From Anaerovoracaceae bacterium (GTDB taxonomy: Bacteria; Bacillota; Clostridia; Peptostreptococcales; Anaerovoracaceae), in NCBI GenBank assembly GCA_045546135.1, contig JAZQCD010000010.1, positions 1,766 to 65,765 of the forward strand: a DNA stretch of 64,000 nucleotides, given 5' to 3'. The notes beneath the pieces are model-generated. The model was not told where the DNA came from, made no database searches, and worked only from the letters and a program-made list of their open reading frames with translations. How positions within the stretch are numbered: the first letter of the stretch is position 1; every line of letters begins with the position of its first letter. The translations under genes were made by a program, and so were the position numbers. Shown piece after piece: positions 27,458 through 38,100 of this stretch.

Positions 27458-28282
27458 ATGAGTTATGAGTACAAAGATTACGTAAAAAGCGCAGAAATCG
27501 TAAGAGAAAAACTCTCAGGCTTTCAGCCTGAAGTCCTCATGATCATGGGATCGGGACTTGGATTCATGGGTAATCTTGTTGAGGATCCCATTTATGTAGA
27601 TTACAAAGACATACCCGGATTTAAAGTCTCTACAGCTCCGGGTCACGCAGGAAGATTCGTCTTCGGCAAACTTTACGGAAAGAATGTGGCCGTCATGCAG
27701 GGCCGTATGCATACCTATGAAGGATATTCGCCTCAGGATGTGGTATACCCTGTTAGAGTTTCAAAGCTCCTTGGTATAGAAAAGATGATAGTCACCAATG
27801 CAGCAGGCGCTATCAACACAAGCTTTAGACCCGGAGACATCATGCTCATTACGGACCACATAAAGCTTGCTCTTGTGAGCCCCCTTTCCGGTGACAACAT
27901 AGAAGAGTTCGGAACAAGGTTCCCTGACATGAGCACCGTATATGACAGAGAACTCCAGGAAAAGGCAAGGGATGCTGCAAAGTCCCTAGGTATAGATCTG
28001 AAGGAAGGCGTATATATGTTCTTCCCGGGTCCTCAGTTTGAGACGCCTGCCGAGATAAGGGCAGCCAGAGTCCTTGGAGCTGATGCAGCCGGCATGAGCA
28101 CAGTGCCGGAAGCTATAACAGCAAACCATTGCGGGATGAAGATCATAGGACTTACTCTTTGCTCCAATATGGCTGCAGGAGTCTTAGACCAGCCTCTGTC
28201 AGGAGCAGAAGTAAATGAGGCAGCAGAAGCATCTGCGCCAAAGTTCTCTTCATTGGTCGCAGAGATCCTGAAAAGGATATAA
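27458..28282 (+). CDS. punA: purine nucleoside phosphorylase (trimeric PNP-I type)
   Basis: 274 aa: IMGSGLG, GHAGRFVFG, VMQGRMHTYEGY, GPQFETPAE, GMSTVPE. Confidence 0.9.
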   Translation: MSYEYKDYVKSAEIVREKLSGFQPEVLMIMGSGLGFMGNLVEDPIYVDYKDIPGFKVSTAPGHAGRFVFGKLYGKNVAVMQGRMHTYEGYSPQDVVYPVRVSKLLGIEKMIVTNAAGAINTSFRPGDIMLITDHIKLALVSPLSGDNIEEFGTRFPDMSTVYDRELQEKARDAAKSLGIDLKEGVYMFFPGPQFETPAEIRAARVLGADAAGMSTVPEAITANHCGMKIIGLTLCSNMAAGVLDQPLSGAEVNEAAEASAPKFSSLVAEILKRI

Positions 28283-28305
28283 ACCTGATTGCGATACGCA
28301 TCCAT

Positions 28306-28337
28306 GCCGGGCCAAAAAAGGCCCGGCTTTTGTTTTT
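28306..28337 (+). terminator. intrinsic terminator
   Basis: GCCGGGCC-AAAAAA-GGCCCGGC followed by TTTTGTTTTT. Confidence 0.85.
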
Positions 28338-28511
28338 AAATTAATTCCTCTTTGCATCTTCATTGTATATTAATCCTCGCTTGTACCAAAAAAATGTGGA
28401 CTTTTTTCATACATGTGAGTACAATATGAAAAAAGGAAAGAATATGCATGAGAAGGATATATATGCATATCCAATGGACGCAGTTTTTGCGCCGTGTATG
28501 AGAGGAACAAA

Positions 28512-29369
28512 ATGAGAAAGAAAAGAAGAGACGGAGTCCGTATAGACGGACTTGACGGATACCACAATATACTTCCGTATATAATGCCCAAAAGAACGGA
28601 AGCAGAAGTCAGCCTTACAGAGACCTTCGATGTTACCGAGCTTCTTGAGTATATGAAGGAAAGAAATGAAAAAGAGGGACTTAACCTTAAGTTCTTCCAT
28701 GCTTTCTGCACATCAGTAGCAAGGACCATTTACCTTCGCCCTGTCATGAATACATTCATTTCCGGCAGGAAGTTTTGGCAAAGGCAGGAGGTTAGTCTTT
28801 CCTTTGTCGTAAAGCAGGCCTTTGCAGATGACGGCGAAGAGACGCTCATGTTCCTCGTCGTAAAACCCGATATGAACCTTGATTCTGTATCAAAGCTGAT
28901 CCTTGGTGATGTTCAAAAGGTAAGGAAAGAGCATACCAACGATCTTGACAAGCTCATGAACTTCGTCGGAAGCCTTCCAAGGTGGTTCCTTGAAATATTC
29001 TTCTGGACACTCAGGAAACTTGAATATCACGGCTGTATGCCAAAGGGCCTTACTGCAGGCGATCCTAACTACTCCACAGCTTTATTATCGAACCTTGGCT
29101 CCATCAAGTCAGGAGCTCCCTATCATCACTTAAGCGAGTATGGCACATGCTCCCTTATGATAACCATAGGAACGGTCCACAAGGAAAACTATATAAAGGA
29201 CGACGGAACTGTAGGTTCAAAGGACATAGTTGAGGCCACCTTTACTCTTGACGAAAGGCTTGCAGACGGTTTCTATTACGCAAAGTCCTTAAGGATCACC
29301 AAGTATCTCCTTGAGCATCCTGAGCATTTGACAGAGACCATGGAGACACCGGTCCCAGTGGAGCTTTAA
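28512..29369 (+). CDS. stand-alone 2-oxoacid dehydrogenase E2 / CAT-like acyltransferase-fold protein (paralog 1)
   Basis: The C-terminal DERLADGFYY aligns with the E2 DHRxxDG motif. About 285 aa from the ATG at 28512 (RBS GAGAGG); the track start at 28494 is a GTG. It is a paralog of 50748-51611. Confidence 0.65.
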   Translation: MRKKRRDGVRIDGLDGYHNILPYIMPKRTEAEVSLTETFDVTELLEYMKERNEKEGLNLKFFHAFCTSVARTIYLRPVMNTFISGRKFWQRQEVSLSFVVKQAFADDGEETLMFLVVKPDMNLDSVSKLILGDVQKVRKEHTNDLDKLMNFVGSLPRWFLEIFFWTLRKLEYHGCMPKGLTAGDPNYSTALLSNLGSIKSGAPYHHLSEYGTCSLMITIGTVHKENYIKDDGTVGSKDIVEATFTLDERLADGFYYAKSLRITKYLLEHPEHLTETMETPVPVEL

Positions 29370-29372
29370 AGA

Positions 29373-31922
29373 ATGAAAAGAATTTCGAAAAAAATTTCAT
29401 TGATGAAACTGATCATCATGGCGGCAATAATTGCCGCCATGTTTCCTTGCAAAGCCTTTGCAGAAAGCACAAGTCTTGATACGGGCATAGAAGGACTTTA
29501 TGCAGAATATGATGGAGGCTCATGGACAAGTTCCGGCAATATGATCACCGGTTCTGCTACGGGGACCGCAGAGGATATATGGGACTATGCAAAGAGCGCT
29601 GAAGGGACATTGGTCTTAAAGAATTCTCTCAATGAAGATGCAGTTTTGTCCTTTTCATATTCAGTTACTTTGGCGCAGGGCGGAAAAGTGACCATAGATG
29701 ATGCAGAAGTTTTGGAGAGCGGCAGCTTTTCAAAAAGGCTCGCTCCAAATGAAACTGTTGAAATAACCATTTTTTCAGGAGATCCGGGAGCAAGGACCTC
29801 TGCTGCTGAACTTAAAGGCATCACCTTTACAAAGAAAGTCCACGCCAACGTGACTTTCATGCCTTCAGAATCTGGCGGCTACTATACAGTAGACGGAGAA
29901 ACTGTCACAGAAAAGCTTGTCATAGGGCGCGATGCAGAAGATGGTTTTGATCTCCAAGCCTTCCCAAGTGAAGGATACAAGCTCCTTGGCTGGTATTCAG
30001 ATGCGATCGGTGGATACTTAGGAGACTCAATAGCATTTACGGCATTTTTTGACAGGGACCAGACTGTCTATCCTGTATTTGCAGATGAAGACCTTCCCAT
30101 ATGGCAAGCAGGTGTATATAGATCTTCAGATCTTAATGATGCTGTCCTTTACGCAGCTGAAAATGATATAGAGACCATAGTCCTTGCATCAAGCGGTACT
30201 ATTCCTGCAGGGACATATACTATTCCTTTTGGGCATACTCTCCTGATCCCTTATGACAATGCGGGCACTGTAAACAGGGAAACTCCTGATATATATAAGG
30301 CTTTGGATGCCTTTGCTCCCTATCCGTTCAGGACCCTCACCATGGAGGGAGGAGCTGTGCTTGATATAAAGGGCGCTCTCAATGTAAACGGCAAGATAAA
30401 CTCTGACAATACAGGCTATACGGGAGTAACATCGGGTCCTTACGGATATATATCTATGGAAGAGGGCAGCTCCATAAACCTTAGCAGCGGCGCTTCTTTA
30501 TACTGCTGGGGATATATAGCTGGAGACGGCAGCATCACTGCGGCAAGAGGGTCTTCTGTATTTGAACCATTCCAGATAGCAGACCTAAGAGGCGGTACTG
30601 CTACATCTGCAATGAACAACAATGCAGCAAGGGTCCTTCCTTTCCAGCAGTACTATATACAAAACATCGAAGTTCTCACTGTATACGAGTATGGTTCAAG
30701 AGGACTTGCTGTAGGCTCAACAACCATAGACGGAGACGTGGCAGTTCCTACTCTTAACTTTGCAGGACCTGAAGACGGAAGCCTGTTTAGACTCTCTGCA
30801 GGTTCTTCCTTTTCAAAGAGGTATGACCCAAAAGAAGACAGAGTATATTACGAGATAGACGGGGATGCGAACTTGTCTCCTGTGTCCATACATGCATATA
30901 TAAATGTATATTCAGATAAATATACCCTTCCTTTAATGGAGAATACGACTGTCATCATAAAGTCAGGAACTGTTACTCTTGATCAGGACCTTTGCCTTCT
31001 TCCCGGCAATGAGACAGTAATTGAAAGAGGAGCAGCCCTAAAAGTATCTTCAGGAAACAAACTGTATATATATGACAGGGATGACTACATGGGCAAAGGC
31101 TTTCTCTTTGAAGGCGCTGACATGATGCCCAGCTTCTATCAGCCGGACAGAAAGCCGTCCGATGTATTTGATGAAAGCAAGATGGTCGATGCCATTCTTG
31201 ATGTCTGCGGCAGGCTCGAGGCAGAAGGCAGTGTCTTTACTACTAAGGGCGGAGCAAACATCACCAGCTCAAACGGTCTTGGAAGAGTGGTCTTCATTTC
31301 TGCTGCTTCGGGTCCTGAACTTACCTATCAGACAGTCCAGACAGGTACAGAGGTCGAGTACCAAGGCATAGAGGCAGTACCTCCCATGCTGAAGAACGGA
31401 GTCTTTGGACAAGAGGATGGGTATACACTCACCACCGGCAGCGAAGGGGGTTCATATTTCAGCTATTGCAAAAAAGAGGACAAATGGCATACAGGAGATC
31501 CATGCCAGGATGCAGCTATAACGGTCATTCCTTATCCGCAGGATGCATTTACGGAGTGGACAGACTATGTGGCCCGCGAGAGGACAGTGAATGTCTTTTA
31601 CGACATTCCGTGCAGAGCAGGCTATCTTAAGGACGGAAGGTATGTAAAGCTTGAGCCAAGGAAAGAGGCAGACGGAAGCTATAGTTTCGATGCTCCTGAA
31701 GGTGTAGATGAACTCATACTTGTGATACTTGGCGATGTGAATCTTGACGGCAGGATATCCAATGCAGATTCGACAAAACTCAAGGCCTCAGTAAAGGGAA
31801 TGGCAGCCTTGGATCTTGTTCAGGAATTCGCTGCTGATGTCAACGGAGATAAAAAGATATCCAATGCAGATTCAACGAAATTAAAGGCTGTCGTAAAGGG
31901 TATGACGACCCTTGGCTGGTAG
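29373..31922 (+). CDS. secreted protein of unknown function with a C-terminal dockerin
   Basis: 849 aa with a signal peptide (..MFPCKAFA-ES), one GYKLLGWYSD Listeria-Bacteroides-type repeat, and a long Gly/Ser/Thr-rich, possibly beta-helical, middle. A dockerin sits at the C-terminus. It starts 3 nt after the previous stop. Confidence 0.8.
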   Translation: MKRISKKISLMKLIIMAAIIAAMFPCKAFAESTSLDTGIEGLYAEYDGGSWTSSGNMITGSATGTAEDIWDYAKSAEGTLVLKNSLNEDAVLSFSYSVTLAQGGKVTIDDAEVLESGSFSKRLAPNETVEITIFSGDPGARTSAAELKGITFTKKVHANVTFMPSESGGYYTVDGETVTEKLVIGRDAEDGFDLQAFPSEGYKLLGWYSDAIGGYLGDSIAFTAFFDRDQTVYPVFADEDLPIWQAGVYRSSDLNDAVLYAAENDIETIVLASSGTIPAGTYTIPFGHTLLIPYDNAGTVNRETPDIYKALDAFAPYPFRTLTMEGGAVLDIKGALNVNGKINSDNTGYTGVTSGPYGYISMEEGSSINLSSGASLYCWGYIAGDGSITAARGSSVFEPFQIADLRGGTATSAMNNNAARVLPFQQYYIQNIEVLTVYEYGSRGLAVGSTTIDGDVAVPTLNFAGPEDGSLFRLSAGSSFSKRYDPKEDRVYYEIDGDANLSPVSIHAYINVYSDKYTLPLMENTTVIIKSGTVTLDQDLCLLPGNETVIERGAALKVSSGNKLYIYDRDDYMGKGFLFEGADMMPSFYQPDRKPSDVFDESKMVDAILDVCGRLEAEGSVFTTKGGANITSSNGLGRVVFISAASGPELTYQTVQTGTEVEYQGIEAVPPMLKNGVFGQEDGYTLTTGSEGGSYFSYCKKEDKWHTGDPCQDAAITVIPYPQDAFTEWTDYVARERTVNVFYDIPCRAGYLKDGRYVKLEPRKEADGSYSFDAPEGVDELILVILGDVNLDGRISNADSTKLKASVKGMAALDLVQEFAADVNGDKKISNADSTKLKAVVKGMTTLGW
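31731..31919 (+). other. dockerin module (two Ca-binding loop + helix segments)
   Basis: GDVNLDGRISNADSTKLKASVKG ... ADVNGDKKISNADSTKLKAVVKG. Both loops fit D-x-N-x-D-x(6)-D. Confidence 0.8.
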
Positions 31923-31954
31923 TAAGAAAATGACATATGATAAAGATATAACGG

Positions 31955-31983
31955 CATCCCCGCATCGGCGGGGATGTTTTTGT
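31955..31983 (+). terminator. intrinsic terminator
   Basis: CATCCCCGC-ATCG-GCGGGGATG followed by TTTTTGT. Confidence 0.85.
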
Positions 31984-32156
31984 GTTATCCGTATCCTAAT
32001 ATTTTTTTATTATACAAACATAAAAATATCAAAAATTATTTGTATCCAAGAACTAAAATTATATTGCATCTGAGTTTTAAGAATAGTAAAATACCAAGGT
32101 ATACATAACTAATATTCTTAATGTTATTCCATTTAAGAAGAGAAAGAGGAAATATT

Positions 32157-35100
32157 ATGAAGGGATTCAAAAAAATCACGAGTTTGCTGCTCGTATTTGC
32201 TCTCCTTCTCACCTCAGGTCTTGTCACAAAGTTCTCCTTTGCTGACGAAGACGAGTCCAAGGGACAGGAAGTCTCCTGGCAGGTGGTAGAGAACGATGCA
32301 GACAGAATAGCAGACAGGCTCAACAGCAATGTGCCTTTCGATGATGTCACCGGAATGGAGACTCTGACAGGTACAGTGCGTGTATCCATCCTTCTGGATC
32401 AGCCCTCCACTCTGGATCAGGGATACGAAGCAGCATCCATAGCTTCCAACAGGAGCGCTATGAACTACAGAGCTTCTCTTGAGAAAGCTCAGGACGAACT
32501 TGCTGCCAAGATCTCAAAGAATATCCTCGGCGGAGAAGAGCTGGATGTTGTCTGGAACCTGACATTGGCAGCAAATATCATTTCTGCCTATGTTCCGGCA
32601 GAGAAGATCCCGGCTATCAAGGCTATGAAGGGCGTTAAGGACGTAGTTGTTGAAAACACCTACGAACCTATGGATGACGTAGAGACATCCGATGAACCTA
32701 ACATGGCAGTTGCCTCCGGAATGACTGGTGCCCAGTACGGCTGGGGAGCAGGCTACACCGGTGCAGGCAGTCTCATCGCCATCGTCGATACAGGACTTGA
32801 TGTTGACCATCAGTCATTCAGTTCTGTAGCATACGATATGGCTATAGCAAGACTCAAAGCCACAACAGGAAAAGAAGTAGACCAGCTCACAGCAGAAGAA
32901 GTTGCATCAGTATGGTCACAGCTCAATGCATCCAAGAGGACGAGAGGAACAGTCGATCAGACATATTTCGGTTCCAAGGTCCCTTACGGATTCAACTATG
33001 TTGACAGAAACTTCAACATCATCCACATCAACGATACCCAGGGCGAGCACGGTTCTCACGTTGCAGGTATCGCTGCAGGAAACAGGTTCATATATGAAGA
33101 ATCTGAAGACGGCAGCTTCACACTGAAGAATGCTATTTCCGCAGTAGGAACACAGGGCAACGCTCCTGATGCTCAGCTCCTCATCATGAAGGTATTCGGA
33201 CGCGGCGGCGGAGCTTCCGATTCCGACTACTTTGCAGCCATCGAGGACGCAATAGTTCTCGGAGCAGATGCAGTCAACCTTTCACTTGGTTCTGCAAGCA
33301 AGGGCTTTGCATACAATGCAACTTATGCAGATCTTATAAACAGACTGACAAACACCAATATCATCTGGGCTAACTCCGCAGGAAACAGCGGAGCATGGGC
33401 AGACGCCACCTTTGCAGGCTATACCTACAGCGACCATGTAAACATGGGCACAGGCGGATCCCCTGCAACCTATTCCAACACTCTGTCAACAGCATCTGTT
33501 GACAATGACGGATCTATCGGTGCATATATGCTTGTGGGCGAGGATATGATCTACTATACAGAGACTTCCGGATACGGAAATGCTCCTATGAAGACCATCC
33601 CCGGCACATATCAGTATGTATATATCGACAGCGCAGGACTTCAGGAAGAGTTCGATGCACTCGGACAGGAAATAATCGGCGGAAAGATCGGTATCGCAAA
33701 CCGTGGAACAACATCCTTCTTCCAGAAGGCAAACGGTGCTATGTCCAACGGAGCTATAGCCGGTATCATCGTCAACAACCAGCCGGGAACCATCAGCATG
33801 AACCTGACAGGTTACGAGTATAGTGCTCCTGTAGTATCCATACTCCAGACAGATGGAGCGATCTTGAAGGCGGCAGCTGAAGAGACAGTAGAATATGATG
33901 ACGGAACACTTTCCTTCACATACTATATAGGAACCATCACAGTTGATGACAAGCTCGGTATAAACAACTACAACAGCGAATACTATACAATGAGCTCCTT
34001 CTCAAGCTGGGGCGTTCCTGAAGATCTGTCCTTAAAGCCTGAGATCACAACTCCCGGCGGAAACATCTATTCCGTAAACGGTTATGCAAATTCAGACAGC
34101 GGAATCACTGGCGGACACGATCAGTATGAGCTCATGTCAGGTACATCCATGGCATCTCCTCAGACAGCAGGTATAGTCGGTATCATGTCCCAGTTCTACA
34201 GAGAGTCAGGACTCAAAGAAAGAGCAGATGCTTATGGCCTTACACAGCGCCACATCCTCCAGAGTCTCCTTATGTCCACAGCAAGACCTCTTTACGACAA
34301 GGATTCCGGTAACTACTACAGCGTAATGAAGCAGGGCGCAGGTCTTGCGGATGTCAACGCTGCCATGAACGCAAACGTATTCGTTCTCATGAATGGAACG
34401 ACTGTCGGCGGTGAAGTCAGAAAAGACATTTCTGCATATGCAGCTGACGGAAAAGTCAAGGCAGAACTTGGTGATGACCCGCACAGATCCGGTTTCTATA
34501 CAGTTGAGTTCACGCTCAACAACCTTACAGACGAAGATCGTTTCTATGATCTTGAAGCTGAATTCTTCACTCAGGATGTATTCGGATACTATACATTTGA
34601 TTCCAACGGAGAGCCTATCGCTGATGAGGAAGGAAACCCGGTAGTATCCACATACCTTGATGAGTGGACAGCACCTCTTAGTGCAAATGTCAGGTGGTTC
34701 CTCGACGGAAGAGAATGCATTCCTGATTTCTTCATCGATCCTAACATGGACGGTGAGTTCAATGAGGAAGATGCAGATGCAATACTCGACTTTGTTCTTA
34801 TGGACGGAACAGAAAACCCTGTAGAGATCAATGAAGATGACGCTGATCTCGACGGAGACGGCGCTGTCACCACATACGATGCATATCTTGCACTCAAGTA
34901 TGCAAATATGGGAACAACAGTAGTTCCAGCAAACGGAACAACAACTGTTAAGGTCGAATTCGAACTTACAGACATTGCAGATTACGATGACCACGGCGCA
35001 TTCGTAGAAGGATATATCTCTGCTACAGAAAAAGATTCCGAAGACGGCGAACTCGGAGTAAGACACTCCATCCCGGTACTCGGATACTACGGCAGCTGGA

Positions 35101-38100
35101 GCGAACCATCCTTCATAGATGTCGGATCCGTACGTGAATATGAATACGGTCTTGAGCAGAGAGCTCCGTATATGGCATATCCTCTCGGAACGGCTGCTGA
35201 AGACATCACCGCATTCTTAGGTACTCACGCAACACTCGGAGTCACCTATGTTCTCGGAGGCAACCCTGTCCTTACAGACAGCCAGTACTTCCCTGAAAGA
35301 AATGCTGTAAACAGCAACACAGCCCTTGCAGGTGCATCCTATACACTTATAAGGAACACCGTAGGACTGAAATATCAGCTCTTCGATGAGAGCGGAAAGC
35401 TCATAAATGAATCAACAGGCGGATCAAACACTTACTCCTCTTACTATCACGTGAACCAGGCTAAGTGGATGAACACCAGCACATCTTCTTCCTATGGCTA
35501 CAGGCCATCTTCTGTAAAGGAAGGAGAAGAGGTAACTCTTGCACTGAGCTTTGCTTCCGAATATTATCGCAACAATGAAACAGGCGAGATAGCATGGGAT
35601 GAGATCCAGCCCACAAAGCAGCTCTCATTCGTTATCGACAACACAGCTCCTACAGTATCTTCCGTATTTGGAAAGAGAATGACAACTGAGGACTCCGATA
35701 CAGTCATACTTACACTCGCTGCAACAGACAACGAGTACATAGCAGGCGTATTCGTCTATGACGAAGCAGGCAACCAGCTCTATGGCGAAGGTTCAAGAAC
35801 AGACGCCAAGAAGGAAGGCGCCCGTGACAGAGGAGACTATGCTATCGTTCTCGACGGAGCAAATGTACCTGATCATCTCGAATTCGAGATCTGGGACTAT
35901 GCAGCCAACGTAACTACAGTCATGGTCAACCTCAACAAGGATGAACTCAGCGATCCTGTATCTGTAGTACTCGACACTGAAGAAGCTATGAGCGTTGTCG
36001 GCAATACTATCAAGATCAACGCAACAGTATATCCTTGGGGAACTGAGGATCAGAGAGTCACATGGACAAGCAGCGATGAAACAGTTGCAACAGTTGAGGA
36101 CGGTCTCGTACTCGGTGTTGGAGCAGGAACTGCAACCATTACAGCTACATCAGTTCTCGATCCTAACGCATCCGCAACATGCGAAGTCAAGTTCATAACC
36201 ATCGACAGAGACTTAAACGGAATCGTTTGGGATGAAAACGGTCAGGTATGGTTCTCAGAATTCAACCTGAACACACTTCCTGAATACACAAGACTTACAG
36301 ATGAAAGCTCAATAGTTCCTCTTACATCAACGGCATACGGTGCAGACGGAACTCTCTACGCTGTGACTTTCGATACAGAAGGATTCCTTTCTGACCTCTA
36401 TACAGTAGATGAAGGGACATTCGAGGCGACATTTGTAGGTTCCAATACTGAGATAGGATATATGGATCTGGCTCCTGCACCGAGCCTTGGAGAGAATATC
36501 CTCATGGGCGTATACGGACCTTATGCAGTCATCGTAGACGCAACAACAGGCGGATATGTCGGTGTATTCGATCTCAGCGCTTATATGACCGGAAGCTACC
36601 TTGTAGGTATCGCATACGAGGAACAGTACTATCATCCGCTCTACGGCAATACAGATTGGTACTTCTTCATTGATGACGCAGGTAATCTCTACAACTGTGG
36701 ATTCCTTCCATACAACGGATCTTACAGCAGATTCGGAGTATCTGCTGTCGGAAACCTCGGATCAACAGCAGATGTTCCTTACTTCCAGTCACTCTACTAT
36801 GACGGAACAGATCTTTACTGGTCCAACTACTCTGAAAGCAAGGGCGTTGTAGATGTCATATTCGTAAACGATCTCTATAACGACGGAGCCATCTTCAAGG
36901 CTGGTTCCTTCGCTCCGGACGTATGGCCTGTAGGAGGACTTTGGAACGAGAACATCAAGTCCATGATCGGCATAGCAGCAGAAGGCGGAGATAAGGCAGC
37001 TGCAGTTATTGACGAAAGTGGCGAACTCCTTGCAAAGGCAGAACCTATCAACTTCAGAAAAGTAAGCGCAGACGGCGGCCTCAATGCAGCAAATGTTCAG
37101 AGTGTTGTTTCCGGAGCAGGCCTCCTCGGAATAGAAACAGAAGTCAATGTTCCTGACAAGACGACCACAGCTACCATCACCATCGATGCAGCAGGCGACG
37201 TCCTCGGTGAAGACGGAGTTACTTATGTAACACACAACGGTCTTTACGAAGTTATCTACGATGCAGAGGTACTTGAAGTCGAAAGCTGCACATCAACTCT
37301 CGATCACTTCCGTGCATACGGAGTTGACGGCAGGGTCAAGGTCGTATTTGCAGACCTTGAAGGTGTAGCAGAAGGCGAAACAGTAGCAACCATCGTATTC
37401 AAGACGATTGAAAATGTTGATACTACAGTATACGTAGACACTATTGAATCCGAAGACAACTTCGAATCTTCTGAAGAAGAATACGAGATCCCGAAAGTAA
37501 AAGGCCATCTCGTTGTAACAGCATCTGATGCAAGCAAGGAATACGGTGAAGAGGATCCTGAACTCGAGTGGAGTGCAGAAGGATTTGTCGGAGATGACAC
37601 CGAAGAACTCCTCGAAGGTCTTGTAACAGTAACAAGAGAAGAGGGCGAAGATGTCGGCACATATGTGATCACTGTCGCAGGTCCTGAAGAGATCGATGAC
37701 TACACCATTGAATATGTAGAAGGTGAGTTTGAGATCACTAAGGCACACCTCGTGGTAACAGCATCCGATGCAAGCAAGGAATACGGCGAAGATGATCCTG
37801 AACTCGAGTGGAGTGCAGAAGGATTTGTCGGAGATGACACCGAAGAACTCCTCGAAGGTCTTGTAACAGTAACAAGAGAAGAAGGCGAAGATGTCGGAAC
37901 ATATGAGATCACAGTTACCGGTCCTGAAGAGATCGACAATTACACCATCGAATATGTAAACGGCACATTCGAGATCGAACAGAGCCTCACAGTCGTCGCT
38001 TACCCGCAGGATTCCTTCGTAGAGGATGAACAGTACCATGTTGAAGGCAATATACTTTGGGTCTCATACCCACAGGCATGCAAGGTTGGATACCTTGTAA

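Noticed and set aside
32121-32156. Upstream starts suggested by the ORF track for the subtilase (32121), the third dockerin protein (38512), tdk (26701), deoB (17785), the aminopeptidase (47375), YegP (48958) and feoA (2668)
   Set aside because: In each case a downstream ATG is preceded by a properly spaced GGAGG-like RBS and gives a normal signal peptide or family N-terminus. The upstream starts are TTG/GTG or lack an RBS.
34206-35066. 286-aa minus-strand ORF (and a further one at 37293-38039) inside the subtilase gene
   Set aside because: These are antisense shadows of a 6.2-kb gene with strong codon bias. The 37293-38039 ORF merely mirrors the 240-bp tandem repeat.
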